Shown in pieces: positions 52,078 through 64,000 of a stretch of DNA of 64,000 nucleotides (position 1 is its first letter; the number at the start of each line of letters is the position of its first letter). Below the pieces are notes generated by a model, which had not been told where the DNA came from, searched no databases, and saw nothing but the letters and a program-made list of their open reading frames with translations. The position numbers and the translations under genes were made by a program. This DNA is from Scenedesmus sp. PABB004 (lineage: Eukaryota), in NCBI GenBank assembly GCA_014905635.1, contig JABVCE010000005.1, positions 1,116,001 to 1,180,000 of the forward strand, written 5' to 3'.

Positions 52078-55000
52078 ATGGCGGCGCCGGCAGGCGGGCC
52101 AGCCGGCGACGACGGCGCCATCGTCACGCCCTGGTGCGGCCCCGTGCGCCGGCGCGCGCAGCGCAGCGCGCGCCGCGCGAGCCGCCCGACGCACCCGCCG
52201 CGCCCCGCGCCGCAGCTTTGCGTTTGGGTTCACGCCCACCGCGCACGGCAGCTGCCTGCACCACCTGGAGGGGTCGACGCTGCTCTACACCGCCGGCACC
52301 CACCTGGCGCTCGTCGGCGCCGAGGGCGGCGGCGGGCCCGCGTTTGTGCCGGGCCGGCATGGCGCGCGGCGCGTGCGCGTGCTGGCCGTCGTGGCTAGCA
52401 AGCGCTACGCGGCCGCGGCCGAGGCGGCGTGCGACGAGGCGGGCGGCGCGGAGGAGGTGTCGGTGTTCAGCCTGCCGGCGGGGCGCCACGAGCGCGGCCT
52501 CGAGCTGCGCCCCCACACGCGCGCCAGCAGCGTCGCCGCCCTCAGCTTCAGGTGCACCGCGCGCGTCGCCGGCGGCCCGCCCGCGCCGCCTGCCGCGGCG
52601 CGCCCACGTGCGGGCGCCCGCCGCCGCGCCCGCCGCCGGCAGCGGCGACGGCAAGCTGCTGCTCGTGGCCGCCGGCGAGCCCGACTGGGCGCTGCTGCTG
52701 TGGCGCTGGCACGGCGGCGGCAAGGTCGCGCTGGTGGTCCTGCCGGAGCTGGAGGTGCTGTGCGCGGCGCTGAGCCCCTGGGACGAGGCGGGCCTGGCGG
52801 TGGCCGCAGCGCACGCCGTGCGCACGTACCGCCTGGACCTGGCGCCGCCCTGCCCCGCCGCCAAGCCGGTGCACCACGCCCTGCCGGAGCACGGCGGCGG
52901 CGCCGTGGTGACCTGCCTCGCTCACCTCGTGTGCGGCGCGCTCGCGGTCGGCAGCAGCGGCGGGCACGTCTGGGTGTTTGGGCCCGCCGCGGGCGGCCCG
53001 CTGTGCGCGCTGGACATCAACGGCGCCGCGGCGCGCGGCGGCGGCGGCGGCGGCGCGGCCAACGGCGTGCAGGCGCTGGTGCACCGCGGGCGCGGCTTCC
53101 TGGCGGCCGGCAGCGCGTGCGACGTGTTCCTGTTCGACCCGCCGCCGGCCGCCAAGCGGTGAGGCTCGCGCGTGCACGCGCAGGCGCGGTCTGGCAGGGC
53201 TGAGCGCGGAGCGGCAGGCGACCGCTGCGGCACGCCCTGCTGTCGCAGGGCGGGCGGCGGTGCAGAGGGCTACACGCTCTCGCGCGTCTTCAGCTTCGCG
53301 TCGGCGGTGGGCGCGCCTCTCTCGCCGCCGGACGCCCGCGTGCTGGGGCTGTCGGTGAGCGCGACCGACGACCAGCTCGCGCTCGCGACGGGCGGCGGGC
53401 AGCTGCTGCTGCTGGACGTGACCGCCGCCACGGCGGCGCTGGAGGAGGCAGCCGCCGACGGCGGCGCAGGGCGCGCCGGCGCGCAGCAGCCCGACCCTGC
53501 GGTGCGGCCGCGCAGCGCGGCGGGCGAGCCGAGGCTCGGCCGCTCGCTGGCGGAGCAGGCGGAGCTCGGGCGCCCGCCCGCACGTGCGCGCTCGCCTGCC
53601 GGCGCGCGCAGGACGGCGGCTGGCAGGTGGTGTGCGGGGGTGGGTTTGCGGCCGCTCGGATCGTGGGCCTGGACGCCTGCCAGCACCTGCCGCTGCTGCT
53701 GGTGGTCAGCGACGACAAGTGAGCGGCGGCGGTGGCCGTGAGCGCGCGGCGGCGCCGACCGCGGCGCCGCTGACTGCTGGCCGCTGCCTGCGCCGCGCGC
53801 GCGGCAGGTGGGCGCGGCTGTGGGACTGGGCGCGCCGCACGCGCGTCGCGGCGCGGCGGCTTGGCGGCGACGCGCCGCTGTGCTGCGCGCTGCACCCGTC
53901 GGGGGCCATGGCGGCGATCGGCAGCGGCGACGCCCTGCGCGTCTTTCACGTCCTGCACGTGAGCCCGGGCCGGCGCCGGGCGCCCTCCGCGCGGCCGGCC
54001 TGGGCCGCTCACACGCAGCTGCCCGCTCCCGCCTGCTTGCCGCGCCCGCCACCGCGCCGCAGCGGGAGCTGGCCCCGCTCGCCGAGCTGCCGGTGGCCAA
54101 GTGCGGCGTCGCGTGCTACAGCCACGGCGGCGCCCTGCTGGCGGCGGCGGGCCGCAGCAACGCCATCGTGCTGTACCCCGCATATTACGGCGCCGGCGCG
54201 GGCGCGAACGGGCACGACCCGAGCGCCGCCGCCGGCGCCGCCGCGCACTACGCGCAGGGCAGCACGAGCGGCGGCGGCGCGCGCGGCGGCGACGGCCCCG
54301 CCGCGCTGCGGCCGCTCGCGGTGCTCAAGGCGCACGTCAGCACGGTGACCGGTCTCGCGTTCAGCGGCGACGACCGGCGGCTCGTCAGCTGCGGCGCGGG
54401 CGGCGCGCTCTACTTTTGGGACGTGCCGAGCTGTGCGTGCTGGGCGCGGCGCGCGTGCAGCGGCACAGGCTGCTGACCTCGCACGCTGGCGTGTGCCGCG
54501 CTGCGTCCCGCACCCTCGGCAGGCGCGCGGCTGGGCGAGCTTGAGTTTGTCGACAAGCGCAGCATCTATCATGCGCTCGCGCACCACGACCGCGTGCCCG
54601 CCGGGGCGGCGGTCGCGCGCACAACGGACGGCCGCCTGCAGCACATCCAGGTGAGGCCGTGCGCCCCCGGTCGGGTGACGCGCGCGGCTGCTCCGCGCGC
54701 TGAGGCCCTGCCGCCGCTGGCATGCTGGGGGCGCGCCGCCGCAGGGGGGCCAGTTGATGTATGAGCTGAGCGGCCTCGGCAGCAACGACTCCTCGCCCGT
54801 GGCGCTCACAGCCGCGGGCCGCGTCGTGCTCGCTGCGACCGCGCGCGGCGGCGTGCTCAGCGTGCCCTGGCCCAGGGACGCCGAGGCCGCGGGCGAGGCG
54901 CAGCGCGACGCACGGCGGTCAGCGGCGGCCGACGCGGCGGCGCCCCCGTGCCCGGCCGCGCTTGCGGCGCCCGGCGCGAGGGAGTTTGGCCTGCACGCGG

Positions 55001-58000
55001 GCCCGGTCACGCACCTGAAGGTGCTGCACGCCGCGGGCGTGATCTTCACCGCCAGCGCGGACGGCCTGGTGCTGATGAGCCGCGTCTCCCTCGTGCTCGA
55101 CGGCCTGCTCTGCGAGCCGCCGCCGCTCGCGCTGCCGCCGTCAGCGATGGCCGCCGGCTCCACCGCCGCGGCGGCGGCCGCGGCCGCGGCGGCGGGCGCG
55201 GCCGCCGCAGACGGCGGTGGCGCCGCCGCCGCCCTGGCGGCGGCGCTGGGCGCGGCCGGCGGGCACGCGCCCGTGGGCGGCGTGCCGGGGCTGCCGCCGG
55301 CGGTCGTGGCGGTGGACGCGGGCCTGCTCCAGGTGCTGCATGAGCAGCTGCGCGCGAGCGCGGGGCAGGTGGCCGCGGCGCAGAAGGAAGCGCAGTGGCA
55401 GGTGCTGCGCGAGACGCAGGCGCTGCGCGCGAGCCTCAGCGCCAGCGAGCAGCGCGCGGCCGCGCTCGCGGGCGAGGCCGAGTCGCTGCGCGCCGCGCTC
55501 GCGCGCAGCGCCGCGGACGCGGACGCGGCGCAGCAGCAGGTGCGCTGCGCTGCGCGCGGCGCGGCGCGCGCGGCGCGGCGCGGCGCCGCCGGCTGCGCCG
55601 CCAGCCCCGCCCTCGCCGCGCCGCAGCTGTTCGCGGAGCTGGAGAGTCTGCACGTCGCGGCGGCGGAGCAGCTGGAGGGCCTGTACGAGGCCCGCCTCGC
55701 GCTCGAGGCGGAGCGCTACGCACGCCTCGCGGCGGCAAAGGACGACCTTGAGCTCGGGCTCAAGGTGCCGCGGCGCGCGCGCGCGCACGGCCAGGCGCGC
55801 GGCGCGGCCGGCCGTGGCCGCGCGGCGCGCGCGCCGCTGAGCAGGGGCCGCGCGCACGCAGGAGGAGATGCGGCGCCGCGCGGAGGCGGCGGCGGCGGAC
55901 CTGGCACACGCGCGCGCGGCGCACGCGGAGCAGCTGGCGGCCGAGACCGCGCGCGCCGAGGGCGCAGCGGCGGCCGCGGCCGAGGCGGCGGCGGTGTGGG
56001 AGGAAGTGCTGGTGCAGACGGAGGAGGACCTGGAGCAGCAGGCGGAGCGGGACGGCGGGCGGCTCGCCGCCGCGCAGCACGATGCGGGCGAGGTGCGGGC
56101 GGGCAGCGGGCAGCGCCGCGCCGGGCCGCGGGCGTGGGTGCGCTTTGCGCGGCCGCCGCACGCGCCTGCGCCACCACCTCCGCCCGCGCGCGCAGGTCCA
56201 GATCAGGCTCAGGGCCGAGCTCAGCATCCTGCAGCGCAGCAACGCGCGGCTGCAGGCGGAGAAGGCCGCCGACGCGGCAGCGGCCGCCGCGCTCGGCGCG
56301 CAGATCGCGGCGCTGCGGCAGCAGGTCGCGGCAGCCGGCGCGGACGCGGACAAGCTGCGCCGCGAGCTGGAGGAGCGCGACAGCGCCATCCGCGCCGGCG
56401 AGGGGGCGGCCGAGGCGCTGCGCCGGCGCATCAAGGAGCTGGAGACGCATGCGTTTGTGCTCGGACACAAGGCGCGGCGCCGCACGGCCGCGGCCGCTGG
56501 CTCGTCAGGGCGCTGGCGCTGGCGCCGGTGGTGCGCGCACGCTTCGACGCCGCCGCGCGCCGCACACGTGTTTTGGCAGGCCGAGGTCGCGGCGGCTGAG
56601 CTTCAGCCCAGGGAGGAGGCGCTCCGCGCGCTGCAGTCGACGGTGGACGGGCAGGTGCGCGCGCGTGCTCGCCGTGGCCGCGCCGCCCCCAGCCGCCACC
56701 CGACCCTGACCCCCCTGGCGCGCCTGGCCGTGCTCGCCTGGCGGCAGGAGCGCGAGCTCCTCGCGGGCCGATCCTCGCTGCTGGCGACGCAGCGCGCGGT
56801 CGAGGAAAAGGCTGCAGCGGCGTCGGCCGCGAAGCGCGAGCTCTGGGCGGCCAAGGCGACGCTCGCCCGGCAGGCTGGGCTGCTCGAGGCGGCCACACAC
56901 GACGTCTATCACGTGCGGCGCAGCGGCAGCGCGGCGGCGTGCTGGGCACGCTGCCAGCGCTAGCGGCGGCGGCGCGCCCTGCCGGCAGCCTCGCCCGCGC
57001 GCCGCCGAGCCCTCGGCCCAGCCGCCCGCCGGCGACGCGCGCGCAGGTGCTGCAGCAGCCCGACGAGCGCACACGCGACGGGCGGTCGCGGCGCACGGTG
57101 GCGCTGGAGGCGCTGGCGGCCAAGTACTGCGCCGGGCGCGGCGGCGGCCCGCGCAGCAGCGTGGAGGTGGAGGGCGAGCTGCGCGCGATCATCGTGGCGG
57201 CGGAGCGCAAGGCGGCGCTGATGGAGGCCCAGCTCAAGCAGGCGTGCCGGGGGCGCCCGGGCGCGCGCCGGGGGCACGGGCCGGAGCCACGCACGCCAGC
57301 CCCGGCGGCGGCCGCGCGCCCACGCCCGCGCCCTGCCGCCGGCGCGTACGCGCACGCGCAGGCGCAAGCCGCCAAGGCGCACGCGGGGCGGCGGCTGATG
57401 TCCGACAATGCGGCGCTGCTCGGCGACCTCGCGGAGCTGCAACGTGGCAACCGCCACCTCGCGCGCAGCCTGGCAGCCGCGGCAGACCAGCTCGCGACGT
57501 GCGGCGCGCGGCTCAGAGGGCTGGGCGACGCTGCCGGCGGCGGCCGAGCAGAGCCGCAGCCCGAGGGCGCCGCCCGCAGCGAGCGCTCGCGCGGCGGCAG
57601 CGCCGCAGGGGCGCTACTGCCGGCCAGCGCGGGGCGCGTGCTCGCGGCGGCGCTGGCGGAGCAGCAGGCACAGTTCCAGGAGCTTCAGTCGCTGCTGGCG
57701 GCGACGGGGGGCATCGTCGCAGCGCAGGCGGCGCAGCTCGCGCGCCTGCACGGCGCCGCCGGCAGCGAGGCGCCGCCGGGCGCGGGTCCGCGCAGCGTCG
57801 AGGCGTGCGGAGAGGGGCGGAGCCGCCGCGACGCAGAGCTGGAGGGTGTCACGGGAGCGGCGGACGGCGCGCCGAGCCTGCCGGGCTTTGCGCGAGGGCT
57901 GCTGGGTGCGTCTGAGCTGAGCGACGGGGGCGGCGCCGCCGCGGTGCACGCGGCGCCGGGCCTGCGTGCGCCGCAGCAGCACGGGGGCGCCGCGTGGCTG

Positions 58001-58279
58001 TTGGCGGCTGGCGCGCCGCGACTGCTGCGCAGCACGAGCCCGCCGCCCGGACCGGCGGCGGGCGGCGGACCCCACGCGCCCGGTCGCGGCGGCGGCCGGC
58101 CGGCCAGTGCCGGGCGCGCGCGGCCCGCGTCGGCGTCGCCCGGCGGGGCGCCAGAACGCCGGCTGCGCGGCGGGCAGCTGCTGCTATCGGCGTCGCTCGC
58201 CGAGGGCGGCCTGGCGGCAACGTCTCGGAGCCCGCCAGCCGGGCCGAAGCGGCGGCCCGGCACGGCCGGCGGGTGGTAA
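52078..58279 (+). CDS. CFAP57: CFAP57/WDR65-like flagellar protein (WD40 + long coiled coil)
   Basis: FAFGF..LLYTAG; CALHPSG..GDALRVFH; LPVAKCGVACYSHGGALLAA; LKAHVSTVTGLAFSGDDRRLVSCGAGGALYFW; coiled coil with LEGLYEARLALEAERY and RIKELETHAFVLGHK. Divergent, may be a paralogue. Confidence 0.8.
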
Positions 58280-58287
58280 CAAAACCG

Positions 58288-60777
58288 TCAGCTCAGCTGC
58301 AGCCCGCCGCCGGCCGCGCCTGCGAGCTGGCCCGGCGCCGGCCGCGCGGCGGCCGCGCCCGCGCCGCCGTGCGCGGCCGCCGCCGCCGCCGTCGCCGCCG
58401 CCGCCGTCGCCGCCGCCGCCGCCACTGCCGCCGCCTCTGCGTGGCGCTGCTTGAGCGACGCGATCTCCGCCTGCAGGTCGTCCAGGCGCTCCTTCTGGGC
58501 CTGGCGGCGCGGCGCAGGAGGGTGGTCGCGCGTCAGCCGCGCGCGCCGGCCGCGCGCCGGCCGCACGCCGGCAGCGCACCGGGCCCCCGCCGCGCCTGCA
58601 TGTCCTGCAGCAGCAGCGGGCTGGTGACGTGAGCGCAGCCCTCCTTGGCAGCGCGGGCCTTGCCGCGCAGCGCGTCGCGGCTGGCCTTGAGGCCGGCGAG
58701 CTCGTCGCGCCGCCCCGCGAGCGCGGCCTCCGCGGCCGCGAGGCCCGCGGCGAGGCCCTCGTTCTCGTCCTCCACGAACGCCAGCTTCTCCCGCATGTGC
58801 GTCAGCACCTGGAGCAGGTGCCCCCCGCGCAGCGTGGGCCAGCCGCGCCCGGCCCGCGCCGCGCGTGCTGCGCGTGCTGCGCACGGCACGCGGCGCGCGC
58901 GGCGGCCGCCGCCGCGCGCGCGCCTGCACGGTGGTCGTGGTCTTGCGGCGCAGCCTGATTAGCTCCTCGTTGCGCTCCTCGATCTTCTCACAGAGGCTCT
59001 GGTTCTCGATCTTGAGCTGCTCAAAGTCAATGATGTGCAGCCCCTCCGCCAGCTGCTCCTTGCCCCTGCCGCCGCGCGCGCGCGCGACACGGCGGCGCAG
59101 CGCGGCTCGGGCACGGCGGGCGCCTGGCTGAGCGCGCGCCGGCGCCGCAGGGGCTGTACACATGTGCGGCGCACGCGCCGGGGGCGCACCGGATGGTGCC
59201 CTCCAGCTTTTTGAGCGCGTTGGCGAGGTGGATGTTCTGCAGCCGCACGCGCTGCACCTCGTCCTCCACCGCGCGGTCTGCCGGCGGGCAGCGCACGCGG
59301 GCGCGCCGCGCACGTGCACGCGGCCCGGCGCTCAGCGACGCACGCGCTGCGGCAGGGTGCCCGGCGCAGGCAGCACACTGCGCTGCGGGCCGCTCCTCCC
59401 CCGGCCGCCCGCACCTCGCGCCTCGAACGCGGCGACGACCTTCTCGGCCACGGGGCGGCCGGTCTTGGCGTGCTCCGCGGTCAGCGCCACCTCGCGCTTG
59501 AAGTGTGCAAACGCGGCGCCGATCTCCTCGGCGCGCCGGATGCGGCCCTCGAGCGCCACCTTCATCTCAAACACGCGCACCTGCGGCGGCGGGGCGGGGC
59601 GGGCTCGCAGCGCGCGGCGGCGGGGCGGGGCGGGCTCGCAGCGCGCGGCGCGCGCGGCGGCGAGGGCCGCGGCGGCGGCGGCACCGGCCGGCCGCGGGCG
59701 CCGGGCGCGCGCGCGCGCGCGCCTGGTAGTGCGCGGCCACGCGCTCGCGCTCCTCGCGCAGCTCGCCCCAGGCCTTGAGCGCGGCGCGGTAGCGCGCCTC
59801 CGCGCCCTCCAGGCGCGAGAGGTCGCGGCCAAGCGGCGGGCGGCCCTTGTTGCGCGCCTCGAGCACGCACCGCGCGCGGCGCTGCAGCGCGTCGTTCGCC
59901 TCCAGCAGCGCCGCGTGCTCCTGCGCACGCACGGCGGACGCGCGGGTCAGGGGCCCCCGCAGCGCAGCCGGTCACGGGCCGGCGGCGGCGGCGGCAGCGC
60001 CGGGCCCGCCGCCCCGCGCGCCTGCTGCGCCGCGCGGACGGCGCCCTCCGCGTCGGGCCGCGCCGACGGCTCGGCGTCGCTGCCCGCGTCGCTGCCGTCG
60101 TCGCCGCGGCTCTGCGCGTCGCCCTCGTCCACGGCGTGCAGCTGCGCGCGGCGGCCGCGAGCGGCGGCGAAACTCGGCACGCCGCGAGCCTCGCACCACG
60201 CGCACCACGCGGCCGCGCGCCACGCGGCCCGGCCCGGCTGCGAGAGGGGCGGCAGCGCCTGCCCATCCCGCCCCCGCGCTGCGCTGTGACGGGCACCGTC
60301 ACCCACACACCACGAAGTCAGCGTCGAAGCCCTCAATCTGCGCCGCGATGGCCGCCGAGTTGGGCCGCGAGCCGCGAAGGTCGCGCAGCGCCGACACCGG
60401 CCGGCTCGACGCGCCTGGCGGGCGGCGCGGGGTGAGGCGTGCGCCGCACGGCGTGCGGCGGCGGCGCGCGTTCGTCCCCCGCCTCGCGCGGTCTGCAGCT
60501 TGCACCCCCCCCCCCCCGCACACACACAAGCACCTGACATGCCGCCGTATACCTCCTGGTCGTCGTCGGCAGCGGTGGCGGTCGACGCGCAGGTCGCGGT
60601 GCTGCGGTGCGTGGCGTCGCCCGCCGCGCCGGCGCCGCCGCCGCGCACCGAGGCCTGGCCGCTGCTGCTGCCCGCCGGCTCCTGCCGCTCAGCGCCCGCC
60701 GAGCTGGACGCGCCGGCTTCGAGCGGCAGCTCCTCGCCCTCGCCCGCCGGCGCCGGGCTATCCCGCCCGGACGCCAT
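58288..60777 (-). CDS. CCDC96: CCDC96/CFAP184 flagellar coiled-coil protein (DUF4201)
   Basis: EQLAEGLHIIDFEQLKIENQSLCEKIEERNEELIRLRRKTTTTVQVLTHMREKLAFV. Confidence 0.92.
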
Positions 60778-61153
60778 GGCCGCGGGAGCGCGCGCGCTGC
60801 TGTCGGCGCGCGCCGCGGTCTCCACGCTGCGCCGCAGGCTGTGCGGTGGGGCAGGTCGGTCATACGCTGACTGCGGGCACGGTGGGGGGCGGCAGGCGGG
60901 TTCCAGGCGGCGGCGAACCCCGGAGCGTGGCGGTCAAGACGTGGGCCCACGTCTTCAGACGCGCCCGGGCGCGTCTGAAACGGCGGCCGTCGCCGCCGGT
61001 CTCGCTAGGACTCCGATGCTCCCCGCCGCCTGCTGCGAGACCTATCAAGCTTCCGCTGAAGCCGTCGGGCCACGCTGACCGGCCGCTTGGCCCGCAGCGG
61101 CGGCGGCGGCGAACGCGCTGGTTCGCCGGGGCGCGCCTGACTGAGCAGGAGCC

Positions 61154-63948
61154 ATGAATGTGAGGCGGAGTGCACCGGCCTGGGCCGCACTCCCAGTCGC
61201 GGCCCCTGGCGGCCCCTGGCGGCCGCGCCGGCGGTGGCGCCGGCCGCGCGCCGCCAACCGCTGCTGCTCCGCACCGGCGCGCGTTCTCGCCGCCGCAGCA
61301 GGACGCCGAGGCGCGGGCCCTGCGAGAGCAGCTTGGCCAGCTCGCTGCAGACCTCCAGCGCAGCACGGCAGCCCTGGCGGCCAAGGACGCCGAAGCCGCG
61401 ACGCTGGCCGCGACGAGCGACCGCCTTCGCGCGCTGCTCGCCGACAAGGACGCGCTGTTTGCCGAGTTTCAGGTTCAGGTGCAGGCGCTGGAGCAGCACG
61501 CGGCTGCCGAGCGGCAGCGCGCGGCGGCGCGCGAGGCGGAGCTGCAGCGCGCGGCGGCCGAGCGGTGCGCGGAGCGCGGCGGCCGCGCGGCGGCTGCGCG
61601 TGCCTGCGGCGCACCAGCGCGCGCCGGCCCGACTGCGCCCGCCGCGGCGCAGGGACGCGGAGCTGGGCGCGCTCCGCGCAGCGATCGCGGCGGAGGAGCG
61701 CTGGTCGGGCCGCCTCACGGCGGCGCGCCAGGCGGCGCTGGACGAGAGCGCGGCGCGCGGCGGCCAGGCGGCGGCGCTGGAGCGCGCGGCGGAGGGCGGC
61801 GAGCTGCGGCGCCAGGCGGAGGCGCTCGCCGCCGCGCTGGGGGTGAAGGAGGCCGAGCTCGACGCGGCGCACCGCCAGCTTGCGGCGGCGCTGCGGTCGA
61901 GCGAGGCCGCAGCCGAGCTCCACACCAAGACCGCCGCGGCCAACGCCGAGCTGATCGCACGCCTGCAGCGCCAGCTGGACGCGCAGGGTGCCGGCGCGAG
62001 CGAGGCGGCGGCGGAGCACGACGGCAACATGGCCAAGCTCGTGGGCAGCCTGGGCGAGCTGCGCGGCACGTGCCAGGCGCAGGTGCGGCGGCGCGCGCCG
62101 CGCGGTGCGGGCGCAGACGCCATGGCGTCGGCGGCAGCGGCGTGCGCTCGGCACCGCTGCGTGCGACCGCCGGCGGCGCGCGCCCCGCGCCGCCCCGCCC
62201 GCAGGCGGCAGAGGTGGCCGAGCACGCCGCCGCGGCGGCGCGGCTGCAGCAGGAGCGCGCGGCACTGCGTGCGCAGCTGCACGCCCAGGACGAGATCATC
62301 ACCAAGCTGCAGGCGCGCGCCCGCCGGCGCTGCCCTGGCGCTGGCTCGCTGCCGCGCCCGCCGGCGCCCGCCGCCGCCCGCCGACGCCTGCCGGCGCCCG
62401 CCGACGCCCACCGACGCCCGCCGCGCGGCGCCGCCAGACCGAGAAGGGCGTGCTGGAGGCGGCGCTGCAGCACGAGGTCAGCGCGCAGGCGGGGGCGCAG
62501 GCGCAGCTCAGCATCGTGCAGGCCAAGCTCGGCGAGGCGGTGGCGGAGCTGGAGCGGCGCTGCGGCGGTACGCGCGCGGGGGGCGGCCGGGAATGCCGGC
62601 CGTGGCGCAGCCGGATTGGTGGTGGGCGCTCGCGCGTCCACCCAGGCCCCTGGCCCGCCGCTGCCGGCGCCGCAGCGGCCGAGGCGCGCTGCGTGCAGCT
62701 CATGGCGCAGCTGGTGGACGCGCGGCGCCGCCTCGTGGACGCCGTCGTCGACCCGGCGAGCTCGTGCTCGCCCCAGCTGGCAGCGGAGCTGGCGAGCTCG
62801 CTCGAGGCCGAGCGCCAGCGCACGCAGTCGGAGCTCTCAGCTGCCCAGGAGCGGGCCAAGAGCCTGGCGGAGGACCTCGGGATCGTTCGAACCCTGCTGC
62901 CGCTCGCGTCGCCGCCCGGCGGCGCGCCGGCGGGCAACGGCTCGCTGTCGGCGCTGGCGCAGGTCCTGGCGCAGCGGGACCAGCAGCGGCAGGCGGCGCA
63001 GCAACACCCGGGGCTTGAGCATCACGCAGCGGCGGCGCGCGGCAGTCCAGACCGGCAGCCCTCGCCGGCCTGGCCGCGTGAGCGCAGCCCCGACCGCGCC
63101 CGCGCCGGCGGCGGCGGCTGCGGCGGCGGCCCGGGGACGCTCGCCGGGCTTGTGTGTGAGCTGCAGGCGGACGTCGGCAGGCTGCGGCAGCAGCTGCACC
63201 GCAGCCGGCGCCAGCAGCAGGCGCGCGCCGGGCCGCAGCAGGGCAGCGCGTGCGGCAGCCCGGCGCGGCAGGCCCCCGGCGGCGCGTGCGGGGCTTCGCC
63301 CGACCGCGCCAGCGGCGCCTGCGCCGCCGCCGAGGAGGCGGGCGGCATGGCGGGCGCGCTGAGGCACCTGCTGCTGCGCACGGAGCGGCTGAGCGCGGAG
63401 AACGGCGCGCTGAAGGTGATGGTCAGCGGCGGCTCGCCCGCGCGCGCTGGCCGCAGCCGCCGCGACCCGGGGCGGGGGAGCGTTGAGAGCGACGACGGCG
63501 TGGCGAGCTGCGCAGCTGGCAGCAGCCTGGCGGGCAGCCTCGGCCCCGGCTCCCCGGCCTGCGGCACGCCGCACGGCAGGCGGGCGAGCCGCCCGGCGCG
63601 GCACGGCGGCGCGGGGGCAGCGCGGAGCGACAGCTGCGGCGCGTCGCCCCGGGCTCACCGGGGCCGGAGCTGCGCGCGTGCAGCAGCCCGGAGCCGTCTG
63701 CAGCGCAGCTGGCGCACGCCGCGCCGCGCGGCAGCGGGCTCGAGCTCCTCGAGCGCGTGCTGGCGAGCTGGCCGGCGGACCCCAGGCTCCTGACGGAGCT
63801 CATCGCTGCGGCCGGCGCGGCGCGGCTGCGCGGCGGGCCCGGCGGCGCCAGCCCCGCCCGGGCGGCGTTGGCGCGCGAGCAGCTGCGGCGGCTGGCGGCG
63901 CTGTCCCCCACGCGGTCGCGGCTGCTGCGGGCGCTGGCGGGCGGGTGA
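61154..63948 (+). CDS. Coiled-coil hypothetical protein, multi-exon; both ends uncertain
   Basis: MN, then a GTGAGG donor, then heptad-rich exons (LREQLGQLAADLQRS.., LRAQLHAQDEIITKLQ, LLLRTERLSAENGALK). Confidence 0.6.
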
Positions 63949-64000
63949 TCAGGGGCAAAGCGCACGGCCGATCACAGGCGGCTGCGCTGGAAAGCGTTTT

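Overview
Eukaryotic nuclear DNA with very high GC and many short introns, most likely from a chlorophyte green alga (inferred from TGTAA poly(A) signals, plant-type ARID4 and U4/U5 sequences, and flagellar genes). About 21 protein genes are supported: ARID4-like, DNA polymerase kappa, a WD40 protein, a KDM5-like JmjC protein, an ankyrin protein, RAB3GAP2, PPP1R36-like, a BBE-like FAD oxidase, a DEAD-box helicase, PHF5A, prefoldin 1, CFAP57-like, CCDC96 and several hypotheticals. The main structure missed by the ORF track is a ~1.54 kb inverted duplication (8298-9837 / 16181-17713). Each arm carries a U4 snRNA gene and the last codons of both Pol kappa and the WD40 gene. The arms enclose a 6.3 kb block that contains a U5 snRNA gene, which fits an inversion with duplicated (staggered) breakpoints. 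U4 and U5 share candidate upstream and 3'-box motifs. Other points: frequent GC-AG introns, a probably catalytically dead JmjC protein, an ankyrin protein with a signal peptide and KLEL terminus, and three apparent frameshifts at G runs that look like homopolymer errors. Gene coordinates are start-to-stop spans including introns, and were read by eye.
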